Shown: positions 50,627 to 62,119, counted from the whole stretch's first letter. The stretch: DNA of 63,465 nucleotides, filler included, from Octopus bimaculoides (GCF_001194135.2; 5 parts of 5 records of this genome joined end to end with filler, not necessarily neighbours in it); one strand, 5' to 3'. Numbers and translations: made by a program. Notes: generated by a model from the sequence alone, not told the origin.

Positions 50627-50679
<53 letters not shown>
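50605..50679. repeat. (AAT)n microsatellite
   Basis: Seen directly. Confidence 0.95.
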
Positions 50680-50680
<1 letters not shown>

Positions 50681-51085
50681 GTGTCCTGATGCAGTACCAG
50701 GCAGTGGGTCGTCATGGCTTCTGATCTTAACTGATTGGAAGTGTTATCATGTACATTGTTTTGTCCTGGCATAAAAGATGAGCTACAGTAAATATTCTGC
50801 TCAGTACCACAGATTTGCTTGTCAGTTGTTTGACCTTAACCAGTTGAGCATGTCTCTTAGTGGTTGACGATATGTGCATCTCTGATCACGAGCAGAAGTA
50901 GTGGGGGAAGTATCATAGCCATGTTGGGAGGAATTCTTTGGGGGTTGGATAATTCACCTTTGGAAACATGGGTATTTCTTTCAACATCCTTAAGCAGTCG
51001 TTATTCGAGCATCAAACTAATACACCTGCTTGTTGTTTATACACCTGTCTTCGTCTTTTGTTTTTCTGTAAATTTCAACTATATA
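50680..51085 (+). mobile_element. Unclassified interspersed repeat starting abruptly after (AAT)n
   Basis: Non-coding; its last ~63 bp (51016-51078) recur at 63069-63131. Confidence 0.45.
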
Positions 51086-51826
51086 TATATATATATATAT
51101 ACACCAAAATTAGGGAATGGAGTAGATAAAGTCCAGGCTACATATGTTTCATAGCTAGTGGAACCTCGGAAGTAGTAAGTTATCGAAACGAGGAGTAGAC
51201 TACTCTTCAGGCCAAGCTTAAAGCTTATGGCTGATCACTGTGCAGTGACTAAGGAAAATAGTCTAATAAAAGGGCATATAAGCCCTCGACTATGTATATA
51301 TATAGTGGCTGTCTGCTCATTGCAGAGAATTGCTTTTTCCTAGCGAGAGATATGCATACTTTTGTACATTAAAACAAAATAACCTTTTAAAGAAAGAATG
51401 AGAAACTCTTGTAACGCTATTGATATTAAGCTTGAAATTTTCTGTTCATTTCAGTGTGCTTAACATAGTCGGATTCAAATTCAGACCAGCGTAAATGCAT
51501 TCATACATACATAACATAGCTACATTTACATACATAACATATTTACGCAATGCTATGAGAAACTAAGCATGTATATCTAAGTGTTATATTACCTCAGTGA
51601 ACTACAAAATACATGTAGTTCAGTTTTTTACGCTTGCATAGCGACAGACGGACACACATATAAATAACCACACACACACACTCACACACGTGTATGTGTG
51701 CACACGGAACGTGCTGTGTGTGCATGCTTTTCGACAATTTTATAATTCAAGCATGTTTTTTTTTTCCTAACATTTTAAGATTTTTCGAATAGAGATGTGC
51801 TTCTTCCCAACAAACAAATGGCTTAT

Positions 51827-52023
51827 AGGCACCGGCGTGACTGTGTGATAAGAAGTTTGCTTTCCAGCCACATGGTTCCGTGTTCAGTCCCACTGCGTGG
51901 CAAATTGGGCAAGTGTCTTCTACTATAGCCACGGGCCGACCAAAGCTTTTTGAGTGGATTTGATAGACGGAAACTGAAAGAAGCCTGTTGTATATATATA
52001 CGTACATATCTGTATATATGTAT

Positions 52024-52083
<60 letters not shown>

Positions 52084-52235
52084 GTGGATGTGTGTGTGAG
52101 AGAGAGAGTTTGTGTGTGTGTGTTCGAGATTGTGTGTATAAATAAATATATATATACACACACATATATACACACATAGGCACATACATATACACGTGTG
52201 TGTGTGGCTGCAGTCTAATGACTGAAAGGAATAGA
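51827..52235 (+). mobile_element. Composite SINE family B, microsatellite, short tail
   Basis: Head, B-box GTTCAGTCCC, CORE-like TTGGGCAAGTGTCTTC, (TA/CA)n, then GGCTGCAGTCTAATGACTGAAA. Confidence 0.85.
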
Positions 52236-52295
52236 AGAAGAAGAAGAAGAAGAAGAAGAAGAAGAAGAAGAAGAAGAAGAAGAAGAAGAAGAAGA
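52234..52295. repeat. (GAA)n microsatellite
   Basis: Seen directly. Confidence 0.95.
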
Positions 52296-52422
52296 ATGAA
52301 AGCAAAATGAAGATAAGCCGATAACTGGAACACTGAGTGCTAATCCTGTGGGTGGACTTAGCTATTTTTCCCGTAAATCGTCAGCAGTTTTATAGAATTT
52401 GATAACAAATGTCACGATATGC

Positions 52423-52470
52423 GTGACGAGGTCAGTGACGAGGTCAGTGACGAGGTCAGTGACGAGGTCA
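52423..52470. repeat. Tandem repeat (GTGACGAGGTCA)x4
   Basis: Four perfect 12-bp units. Confidence 0.95.
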
Positions 52471-52756
52471 ACCAAGGAGGGGTGACACAGTCTATACCAT
52501 GTCCTAACAGCTGTGACCACTCACGACAACAACTGTTGCGAAATATGTTCAGTGAAGTCCATCCACAAACACACGCACATACACAAATATTCACATATAA
52601 ACATACACAAAAAAATACATACATACATATATGTATATAGCCATTCATATGCATATACATACACTGACACACATACACATACATATGTGCATACATGCAT
52701 ATATATGCACATATATATATATATAGATAAACTTATGTATATATATATATATTCAT

Positions 52757-52791
<35 letters not shown>

Positions 52792-52891
52792 NNNNNNNNN
52801 NNNNNNNNNNNNNNNNNNNNNNNNNNNNNNNNNNNTTAATTAATTAANNNNNNNNNNNNNNNNNNNNNNNNNNNNNNNNNNNNNNNNNNNN
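52792..52891. other. Artificial scaffold linker (N44-TTAATTAATTAA-N44)
   Basis: Same 100-nt structure. Confidence 0.95.
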
Positions 52892-53189
52892 ATAGATATA
52901 TATAGTATAATGAAAGGGAAAAAAATATATAGGTGTAGACGATCTTTAATTCAAATCCATGTATGTATGTATGTATACATACAACGTTAAGAATGTAAGA
53001 AATAGAAAGCACTTGTATAGGGGACATGACCATCACTAGAGTAAAAAGCTTGAAAGTCAATCTCAGGTGATACTATGAGCAACTATACAGCAGAATCATT
53101 GGCCACCGCATCATTTGACTTATTTTCCGTATCGATATTCCTCCCGCTACAATGTGTCGACGAATAAACTCCAGTGTGCAAAGCCATTA

Positions 53190-53390
53190 GATCTACTGAA
53201 AATAATAATCAAATCTCCCTTAAATTAAACAGTACAATCTAAATAAAGGACCTCTCACACTGTTGAATGTGTGCTAGATATAGCAAAAACCTAGAAAATA
53301 ATGTATCTCTATCGGTAAGAGAATTTTCAACAGAATAATGTATTTTATATGGCTAACCTGTCAAAGCAGGCCTGGGGCTAAAAAACTACA
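53190..53390 (+). mobile_element. SINE-like family G body/tail
   Basis: AGATCTACTGAAAATAATAATCAAATCTCCC...GGCCTGGGGCTAAA. Confidence 0.4.
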
Positions 53391-53767
53391 ATTCATTCGA
53401 ATACAAAAAAAAAAATTAATAAATATAATTTTTTTATTAATAGCGATCCTATAATATTGATTGTAAATTGTATAGATGTGTTACAGCCTTGTCACACATT
53501 ATCAGATATATTAGATTTAGATGTGCGTTATCATCAGCTTATTTGCAATAATAATTAAATATTTAATTATTAGTTGATATAAAATATTAGAAAACTATTA
53601 TAGGGTTGTGCGGGTCATAGAAAGGTGTAAACAGAACAAAATGTAATGAAATGCCCTATGTGATTGCTTATGAATTACATATGTATGTATGCATGTATGT
53701 ATGTATGTATGTATGTATTATGTATGTGTGTATGTATGTATGTATATACATACATACNNNNNNNNNN

Positions 53768-53808
<41 letters not shown>

Positions 53809-53974
53809 TTATGCCTGCATAAGAGTACCTGTGTCTACGAGTGTATGTGTATGTACAATAGTGTATATATACACACACACACATACATACATACATATAT
53901 GTATACATGCATATATACATACATGCATACATACAAATATATATGTATACATACATATATACATCCATATTTTT

Positions 53975-54030
53975 TGTTTTATACTTGTCTCAGTCATTGG
54001 ACGGCAACCAAGTTGGGGTACTGCCTTCAA
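53975..54030 (-). mobile_element. SINE segment C tail fragment
   Basis: TACTTGTCTCAGTCATTGGACGGCAACCAAGTTGGGGTACTGCC. Confidence 0.55.
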
Positions 54031-54164
54031 TGGTTTACATCATCGGTTCACAACTGGGGTGAATATGGCCCCTGAAGGTCCATATAAGACTTGTGTGGGT
54101 CCACGTAACAAACGAGTAAACTGAGGATCCACAATTGTATTTTACCGGCAATAGAAAAAAATTT

Positions 54165-54452
54165 CAGTTCTATATTTAAGAGATGAGGAATTATTTACAT
54201 TATTTACATTTGACGGATATTCGTCCTCATCTTGTTTCTTGTTAACACAACGTTTCGGCTGATATAGCCTCCAGCCTTCGTCAGGTGTCTTGGGGAAATT
54301 TCGAACCTGGGTTCTCATTCCTATCGATGTTACTATTATTATTATTATATTATTATTATTATATTATTATTATTAATCAGGTCGCTGCCGTGAATCGAAC
54401 TCGGAACCTTGGGGTTAGTAGCCCGCGCTCTTAACCACTATGCCCGTGGGCA
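54165..54452 (-). mobile_element. tRNA-headed SINE-like element (family F) containing a hammerhead motif
   Basis: Head GGGCATAGTGGTTAAGAGCGCGGGCTACTAACCCCAAGGTTCCGAGTTCGATTC (A- and B-box-like), then (AAT)n, then a hammerhead-containing 3' body. Confidence 0.75.
54244..54289 (-). ncRNA. Minimal type I hammerhead ribozyme (Penelope-type)
   Basis: GACAC-CUGACGA-A-GGCUG(GAGGCUAUAU)CAGCC-GAAA-CG-UU^GUGUU: full catalytic core, stem I GACAC/GUGUU, stem II 5 bp, palindromic AACGUU stem III. Confidence 0.75.
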
Positions 54453-54759
54453 ATTATGGGGTGAATTTTAAGGCTTATAAATCTATTAAAAAAATTTGCT
54501 TTAAATTTATGCATTGGTATGTAGTGCAAGAAACAGCTAGGTTACTTTCTCTAGCATTTTACATAGCTCAAATCATACGAGTTAATGTATATAAAGCAAA
54601 ATATGAATTTTGAAAGAAATTTTCTAAAGATAGTTTTTAGCATCGAATGGTTATGAGTGCCCACCAAATGAAAGTAGCAATCGAAGTGGTTTATAAATAT
54701 AGATGGTTGGAGAACTCTAGGATTACAGGAACAAATGAGACCCAGTATATATTTTTAAA

Positions 54760-54856
54760 GCTTGGTACTTACTCTATCAGTTGGTTTTACTGAACCACTA
54801 GGTTATGGACACGTAAACAAACTAACTGTTGTCGGTTAGAAACACAGATAGATATA

Positions 54857-54903
<47 letters not shown>

Positions 54904-54960
54904 ATATATACACGACGGGATTCTATCAGTTTCCGTCTACTAAAGGCACCCACAGGCTTG
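54760..54960 (-). mobile_element. Composite SINE (segment C, microsatellite, family B part)
   Basis: GTACTTACTCTATCAG...GAACCACTAGGTTATGG...(CA)n..CGACGGGATTCTATCAGTTTCCGTCTAC. Confidence 0.7.
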
Positions 54961-55239
54961 AATGTGTGTGAAAATAAAACAGCGAAAATAACGACAGTTT
55001 TCGTGGTTTGATAAGAGAAGTACATTAACGTTTAGATTCCGTCAGACACGTGTGTCTTAGAAGTAAACTTGTATAGGTCTACATGTTGCAGTTGTGCCAT
55101 ATTCAGGCCCAAATTTACGTTGGTTGTTTGATATGCTTAATCAAGATTATTTGGCATGATGACAAACTATTTTGGCGGTTCATATATAGAGGTTAATAAG
55201 TATTATCGCTTTCCACCTCAATCTATGAGACATAATTTT

Positions 55240-55560
55240 TATGCACATAGCTCCACGTGTCTATTTTATCTTTTACTTGTTTCTGCCGACCACCTTTGTC
55301 GAACTGCTAAATTACAGGGACATAAAGAAACCAACAGCGGTTGTTAAGTGGTGGGAGTTCAAACACAAGTAGAAAGACATATACATGTATATTTACATAT
55401 AGACATACGGGCTTCCATACAATTTCAGTCTGTCAAATTCACTCGGAAAGCATCGATCGATTCTGGCTATAGAACACACTTGCCTTGCGTGCCACGCTGT
55501 GGAAGTGACCCCGAAACAACCTGGTTGAAAAGCAAGCTTCTTAAATATACAGCCATGCTT
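55240..55560 (-). mobile_element. Composite SINE (segment C plus family B), diverged
   Basis: TTTTACTTGTTTC...GAACTGCTAAATTACAGGGAC...GGCTATAGAACACACTTGCC...CAGCCATGCTTGCG. Confidence 0.7.
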
Positions 55561-56623
55561 GCGATATATACCTTGAAAGCCGAACGAAACCGCAGTCTGA
55601 TAACGGTAAATAAGGCAAACTTCCAATTCGCTCTGATTTTTTCCTTCTAAATTTTATGCAGACTCATACAAGCACACACACACAAACACACACACACACA
55701 CACATACACACACACACACACACACACATAAACACACACATACAAGTTATTCATACTCGTACATAGTACTCGAATGTGTATATAAACATGCACACGCATA
55801 CTAACACATGTTCATACATAGTACTACGGTTTATATATTGAATTAACTATTTACAAACAATGTTTATTCCTCTGAAATCTGCTGAAGTAGAACTATTAGA
55901 AAGTTCTGTCAATAAAAATGGCGACAAGTTTTATATATGCCAATAAGGTAAAGCATTTCTTTTTTTTATTTTTTATTTTGTTATATATTTTTTGCTTTCA
56001 ATGTCGTGTCACCAAAGAATCGATTCCACTAACTTCTCTGTGACTCTTAATCACTTTTGCATTCTTATGGCCGATAGGAAGCATCGAAGAAAAAAATTCC
56101 ACCGAGAATTTACATAGATTATTTACAGATCCTTTATAAACTTAGTACTACGAAGGAATTATTGTTGTTGCTTTTATTATTATTTAACACATGGTCAGCT
56201 TTGATCGGTCAGATGTATTGCAAAAACATTACAATGAGCATACAAAATTTCATTTATTCTTGTAAATATATTCATTTCGTACGTATGCGTGCGCACACTA
56301 ACGCACGTTCTTTCTACATACATATAAAAACATGCATACATACACACATAAGTAAATATACTATGCTTGAAAAGTAAACCATATTTATCCAAATTCATAT
56401 TCTTCTGATCCAAATGTACATATATTAAAAGTAATTTCTACTCATACATATGTAAATGGATTCACATGAATAAACAATACGTTTCAATGCATATACATAC
56501 TTGCACCGATGTGTGTATATCAATGTGTATAGAATGTAGAAAGTGAAATGGATTCATAAATAAATGAATATATAATTATAGAGAATGTTATTGAAACGCA
56601 TCAATTTATGTATACACGCAACA

Positions 56624-56678
<55 letters not shown>

Positions 56679-56869
56679 TACGCACACACACACAGAGTTA
56701 CAATGGTGGAGTCTTGTTATGAATATTCTTTTTTACAAATTATCTGTTGCAAGTGTTAGCGCTAGAAAAGATCTATATATTCTATATATGGTAATATGAT
56801 GTCATCTTTTTACCCTGTGGTTATATTTCATTCAGTTCTCTCTATTACTATGTTTTAAGAAGATGTTAC

Positions 56870-57041
56870 TTATGAGACCTGTAATGTAGCCTGAATTGTT
56901 CCAACAAAGGCATCCAGGAACCATTAGTTGGTGTGAAACTGGGTGACAAATTAATTATGCCACCCGAGATATCAGAATCCAAAGAACCGCAACAAACAAC
57001 ACAGTTAACTTCCCTACACAAGTAATCTATTTCATAAACAT
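56870..57041 (-). CDS. Candidate internal exon of an unknown gene (VYEIDYLCREVNCVVCCGSLDSDISGGIINLSPSFTPTNGSWMPLLEQFRLHYRSH)
   Basis: Acceptor TTTTCAACTTTTAG, donor AA|GTAACA, 172 nt, only one of three frames open. Confidence 0.4.
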
Positions 57042-57479
57042 CTAAAAGTTGAAAAGCGAAGCCAAACACGGCAAGATTTTAACACTCTGTCAATTCATCA
57101 CCTTCATTACAGTGTTGTAGACTTCATCCATCGCTCTGTTTAATAACCACAGGGTGAAAAGATGACATCATAACACCATTGTCAATGATAGGTTGGCTGG
57201 CCAAAACTTCTAAGTTACTGTGAACAACCTTCTTGTATACGAATAATTCATATATACAAATGATATGTAATTCAGAATTTAGAATCTGCAGCAGTCAGTC
57301 CGTCGCAGTTTCAACTCCACATCCTGCCTGTCTCACGCTTTATATGCCACCTCCTGGTACGTCATGATCCACCTTAATTAAACTCATGCCATCTACTTTC
57401 TTCCTCTGTGAGATTTCTGATTTCCTGTTTCTACTGATAGGTTTACTATTCTGTTTCTTCATTGTACACCGCCCCGAAC

Positions 57480-57660
57480 ACTGACAAAGCATGAACAGTA
57501 ATGTAATACTGTTTCAAAGAGAAAGAATAAAAAAGCAAGAGGAGACACAACGACAATGGAAGGCCAGACGCCAGCAACCACAATCGACTCCGACATTCAC
57601 ATGTGGCCAATGCAATCGTATGTTCTACGCGGGGATTGGCTTCGTTGGCCACATTTGTCA
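57480..57660 (+). mobile_element. RTE LINE ORF C-terminal zinc-finger fragment
   Basis: RERIKKQEETQRQWKAR..FTCGQCNRMFYAGIGFVGH resembles the RTE terminal C-X2-C...H motif. Confidence 0.7.
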
Positions 57661-57936
57661 CATATGTGTGTGCATATATATGTACATATACGCATACATA
57701 TAATCATATACAAAGACAGTAAATGTGCACACATATATGTGCTCAATTATATATACATACTTATATTCAACACACACACACACATGCATGCATGCTTTAC
57801 ACACATACATACATACATACATAAATAAATACATACATACATACATACATACATACATACATACATACATACATACGCGCGTGCAATTTACTTCAATGGA
57901 TTTCTGAGCAATTTACTTCAGTGAAATTTCACTCAC

Positions 57937-58054
57937 ATTGCATAACCAGGTCAACAGAAGTCACTTTCCAAAGGTGACATGCATTAGGATAGAACCACGA
58001 ACTACTTGCTTGCAAGACGAAAGTTTTTGACAGCACAAACATACTTGCGCATGT
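57937..58054 (-). CDS. Candidate exon (TCASMFVLSKTFVLQASSSWFYPNACHLWKVTSVDLVMQ)
   Basis: Donor T|GTGAGT, open frame, phase 1 end compatible with the 56870-57041 exon; acceptor weak. Confidence 0.28.
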
Positions 58055-58317
58055 CTAATGTTTCCAACTTCGAAAATCAAATACTTTCGTGGAAAAACTT
58101 TTGGAACAAATCCTTCGCATAGCAGTAATAATAATAATAATAATAACAATAATTATAAAACCAACAACAGTAATAATAATAACTTTTTAGGGGGAACAGT
58201 TGCGCAATTCTAGAGAAATGACGTGGAAAGAAAAAGAAGTTTTAATTTGAGTACATATAAGCTCATCACCAAATCTACTCGGCAAGTGAATTTCGTTCGA
58301 ATGATTCCAAGTCTTAC

Positions 58318-58356
58318 CAGACTATTTCCTAATTCAATAGTTTGTTCGCTTTGATG
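58318..58356 (-). CDS. Candidate 39-nt exon (HQSEQTIELGNSL)
   Basis: Acceptor TTTCTTGGATATCAG, donor CTG|GTAAGA, phase 0-0. Confidence 0.25.
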
Positions 58357-59766
58357 CTGATATCCAAGAAATTTGAAAGAGACGTTAAGATTATGTTCTC
58401 ACTTGTAAAGAATATCAAGCAATATCAAGCGTATGGAAGAAGATTAATCTTCGTATTACACTCTATTTATTCCATTGAATATATTTCCGTTCAATTCATT
58501 ATATTTTAGGAAGACTTCAGACCTTTTTGGGGGAAAATCTGTATGTTATCTTACAACCACTTTTCTATCTCTTAATAGAAGTTATTACTCGTTTTCCCGT
58601 CTGCTTAAGCCGAAATATTCAATGAACTAACAGTATCGATTAATAATACTATGGCTTTGTTGGAAATGGTTGAGAGCTAGGCTTTCAGCAAGGAGAGAGC
58701 TCTTAGCATGAAACTATTAAATATTAATATGTTGAAGACTAAGGTGAAGGGTATAGGTGTTTAATGCATGATTATTACCCGATGTGCTGGAATCCATTAG
58801 TAAAAATCACTAACCAATGAATTGAATTACTTGGACAAGAGAAAACCTTTCGGATTATACGGCGGTGTTACTTTCTTTTAGTAAATATCTATAATGACTT
58901 TGAAATCAATTGTGGTATTCGCTTTAAAAGTTCCATAAACTATGGCATACCATTTTAGTAAAGAAATCTAATTCCGTTGGTAATTAGATATTAACATAAT
59001 AACCCGAAATTTCCATCACATGAAAGCGGCTTTCCCAGAATGGTCCTGGCCGGTTATAACTGAAACTTACTAATGAACTGGTGAACTTTATGCATATTGA
59101 TTAGGCTAATGAAGTTTGGTGTAACTTTATGTTGGAAATGTTCCGAAATCGACCTGATCGAACTCTTTAACAAGGAGTGTCGAGTATATTTTACATAAAA
59201 TTATCTGTGCTAATATTTGACATAATGATGCCTATGACATGGTAGCACTTCGGGGTACATAAAGGTGTTGGATATAGATATACCACAGACAGTTAAAAGC
59301 ATGTAATAATAATAATACTAATGATGATGATGATCTATACCCACCTCACAATATCATCTCTAATATCAGTAGCACTGTTACTTATGAAACTTTTACAATA
59401 CTTAATGCTTCAAATAATTATTCACCAGGTTTAACAATATCAATAATCTTATCCACTAATTTACATGATACTCTATAATGAATATTCTTCGACTTTCACC
59501 ATAAAGTTAATGTTACTTAGCCCCATAAAGGTATCGATCGAGTACACCTACGATCAGAAGGTATTGCACTTATTATGACCTTTCCTTTTTCTTCAAACAC
59601 GGTGTACTGGGAACTTTGCCGCCTCCTTTTAAAATATGAATGAGATTCTATTCTTTATGCGGAAAAAGTAACAGGAATTTTCTCCAAAACGTACTGGAGA
59701 CATAGTAAGATATTGCGTTCAAAAAGGAAAATCCGTGAATAAGTGTATTCTTTAGTCTCTCAATGT

Positions 59767-60030
59767 GGAAACGCGTGGCTTAGTGGTTAGGGTGTCAGCA
59801 TCATGATCGTAAGATTGTGGTTTCGATTCCTGGGCCGGGCGATGCGATGTGTTCTTGAGCAAAACATTTCATTTCACGTTGTTCCAGTCCACTCAGCTGG
59901 CAAAAATGAGTAACGCTGCTATGGACTGGCGTCCCGTCCAGCTGGGGAACACATGCGCCATTGAAACCGGGAAACCGGGCCCATGAGCCTGGCTAGGTTT
60001 TAAAAGGGCGCATTTATTTTTTTATTTTTT
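59767..60030 (+). mobile_element. tRNA-derived SINE family E, full length
   Basis: A-box TGGCTTAGTGG, B-box GTTTCGATTCC, central ATGGACTGGCGTCCCGTCCAG...GAAACCGGG, T-rich tail. Confidence 0.88.
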
Positions 60031-60064
60031 TAGTCTCTTAATAAATTAATATACACACACACAC

Positions 60065-60103
<39 letters not shown>

Positions 60104-60732
60104 CACATACACACACACAGCCGGTCTAATTTAAAAGTAAGCATACAAGATGGCGTTATCATCTACCATCATGGGAGCCTCTAAGAGGAGAACCGTTTCT
60201 CTTGTAACTTTTTATGCTGTAGTGTTAAAAAGTTACCCAGTGGATATAACTACTTACTTGGTCATGTCCGTGTATATATATTCAGATTTGGCTAGGACTG
60301 GACAGTCAGAGATGATGTGACCAACGGTTTTACTGTGCTGGTTGCACATTTTCATTTGGTGTTAGGACCTATTTTCATAATTTTGATTTTATGGTTGCTT
60401 GCGGTCAGTCATTGGTCTTGCCGAGTGTCTTTCCGACACTTAGGGCATAGAAACTCATTGTATACATCGGGCGGTCAATAAACCAGATTGGTCATTTACA
60501 AAGTCATGTGATAAAAAAAGGGGGGAAGAAAGAAATAAAGAAAAAGGAAATAGGAAAAGAAAATTTAAATAGGGGTAAAATGAGGAAAAAAGAGAGCAAA
60601 GAAAATAAGCGGTTGGCGGGGGGGGGAGAAAGAAAATTCATAGCAGCAGTCTTGTTTTCAATATTGTGATGGACCAGTTAAAACAATCTCTTGCAATTCT
60701 TGCATGGATGGTAAGCCAGAGATCATCCTCAC

Positions 60733-60878
60733 TTTTGGATAGGCACAAATAGCCTGAAACCATATGGTCCGGTGATCCTGACATCTGCTAGAAGATGGTA
60801 GGTGTTCACTCTTCTGCTTGCAATATATATCGGGTGCAGATTGCATCGATAACCAGCTGGCGGAGGCTTCTGCTGAGG
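60733..60878 (-). CDS. Candidate exon (two open frames: SAEASASWLSMQSAPDIYCKQK...AICAYPK or PQQKPPPAGYRCNLHPIY...FVPIQ)
   Basis: Acceptor TCGTTTTTAG, donor AAA|GTGAGG, locally GC-elevated, lies within a 120-codon ORF. Confidence 0.3.
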
Positions 60879-61027
60879 CTAAAAACGATAGTAGCCTCGA
60901 TTCCAACGGAACGGCCATATTGATGTAGCGATAGACATTACTTCTCAGTATAGCAATTACTTTCATCTCATAGAGATTTCTTAACTTGTTCCTTTGCTTA
61001 TTATATATATATACACACACACGTATA

Positions 61028-61076
<49 letters not shown>

Positions 61077-61673
61077 CAATGTTTGTTTTTATGCTCAGTT
61101 ACAATATAAACAATTTCACGTTAATCCGTTAGGATACTCTAAACTTTTGTAGAGTACAAATCCAGTATTATAACAAAACTATTACTGACAGTGCCTTCGA
61201 AATATCGGCCAGTAACGCCTTCTTCTGACAGCAGTCTAGCGATGGTTTAGCAGACCGAATCTTCGAAGTCACTGCTAATGATACTCTTGATTAAGAATGA
61301 TAAATGTTATATATGTACATGTGTGTGCTTATGGACGACTCTTCCTCTGTTTCGCGAAGATAATTCAGTTGTCTGATGAAATGAATTCCTCGTTCAATAA
61401 ATTAATAAGCACAATGTATCCGATAGTCTTGTATGCTGTTTACTTCCAACAAATTTCCTTCACAAGATCTGGTCAATCCGGAGTCATAGAATATTACTTT
61501 TGCCTTAGTTGCATTTTCGAACACTGGACGTCGATTTTGGGAAGCGATTTTCTAAAACATTAAGCTATATAATACATATACGTAAGTACATGCAAACACG
61601 CATATTTACATGTATATCCAACTGGCCCCATAATATGTATATGTGTGCGTGTGTGCGCGTGTGTGTATGTATA

Positions 61674-61712
<39 letters not shown>

Positions 61713-61812
61713 NNNNNNNNNNNNNNNNNNNNNNNNNNNNNNNNNNNNNNNNNNNNTTAATTAATTAANNNNNNNNNNNNNNNNNNNNNNNNNNNNNNNN
61801 NNNNNNNNNNNN
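61713..61812. other. Artificial scaffold linker (N44-TTAATTAATTAA-N44)
   Basis: Same 100-nt structure. Confidence 0.95.
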
Positions 61813-62029
61813 CTAATAGTTCAATTAATGACTTTTCAGATGATGTAAAACTTGCCACCATTATATACTAAGAAGATATTTTAACTTTTTTTTTTTGTTT
61901 TTTATGTGTGCACGGTAGTCTCATTTTCATTGAATGTGCTCAGCAGTCCATGCTTTGTAAATGCAAATCGTAGCAATAGACTATTAAAAGTGTGAGTGTT
62001 GAGAAAGATACTGAAAAACATCTGTAGTG

Positions 62030-62119
62030 GCGCGAAATTATCGCCGCCATTGAAGAAGTACTATTCTGCGCAAGCGCATGGGACTTCACCACCGGAAGCC
62101 CCTCGAGTGCACATGCGTA
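62030..62119. promoter_or_regulatory. Housekeeping-type promoter cluster (E2F, YY1, NRF1, ETS motifs)
   Basis: GCGCGAAA (E2F, 62030-37), GCCGCCATTG (YY1-like, 62043-52), TGCGCAAGCGCA (NRF1-like, 62067-78), CCGGAAG (ETS, 62092-98), TGCACATGCGTA (62108-19), within 90 CpG-rich bp. Confidence 0.6.

Noticed and set aside
52423-52470. CRISPR-like array
   Set aside because: Head-to-tail repeats with no spacers, eukaryotic context, no cas genes
54378-59845. tRNA genes at SINE heads (54378-54452 and 59767-59845; also 13170-13232 and 14045-14125)
   Set aside because: Acceptor stems do not close and each continues into a SINE body; these are tRNA-derived heads
324-61760. Numerous ORFs rich in CV/YI/HT/LS/poly-R/poly-L/poly-N or spanning X runs
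   Set aside because: They are translations of (TG)n, (TA)n, (CA)n, (GA)n and triplet microsatellites or of N gaps, with no coding evidence
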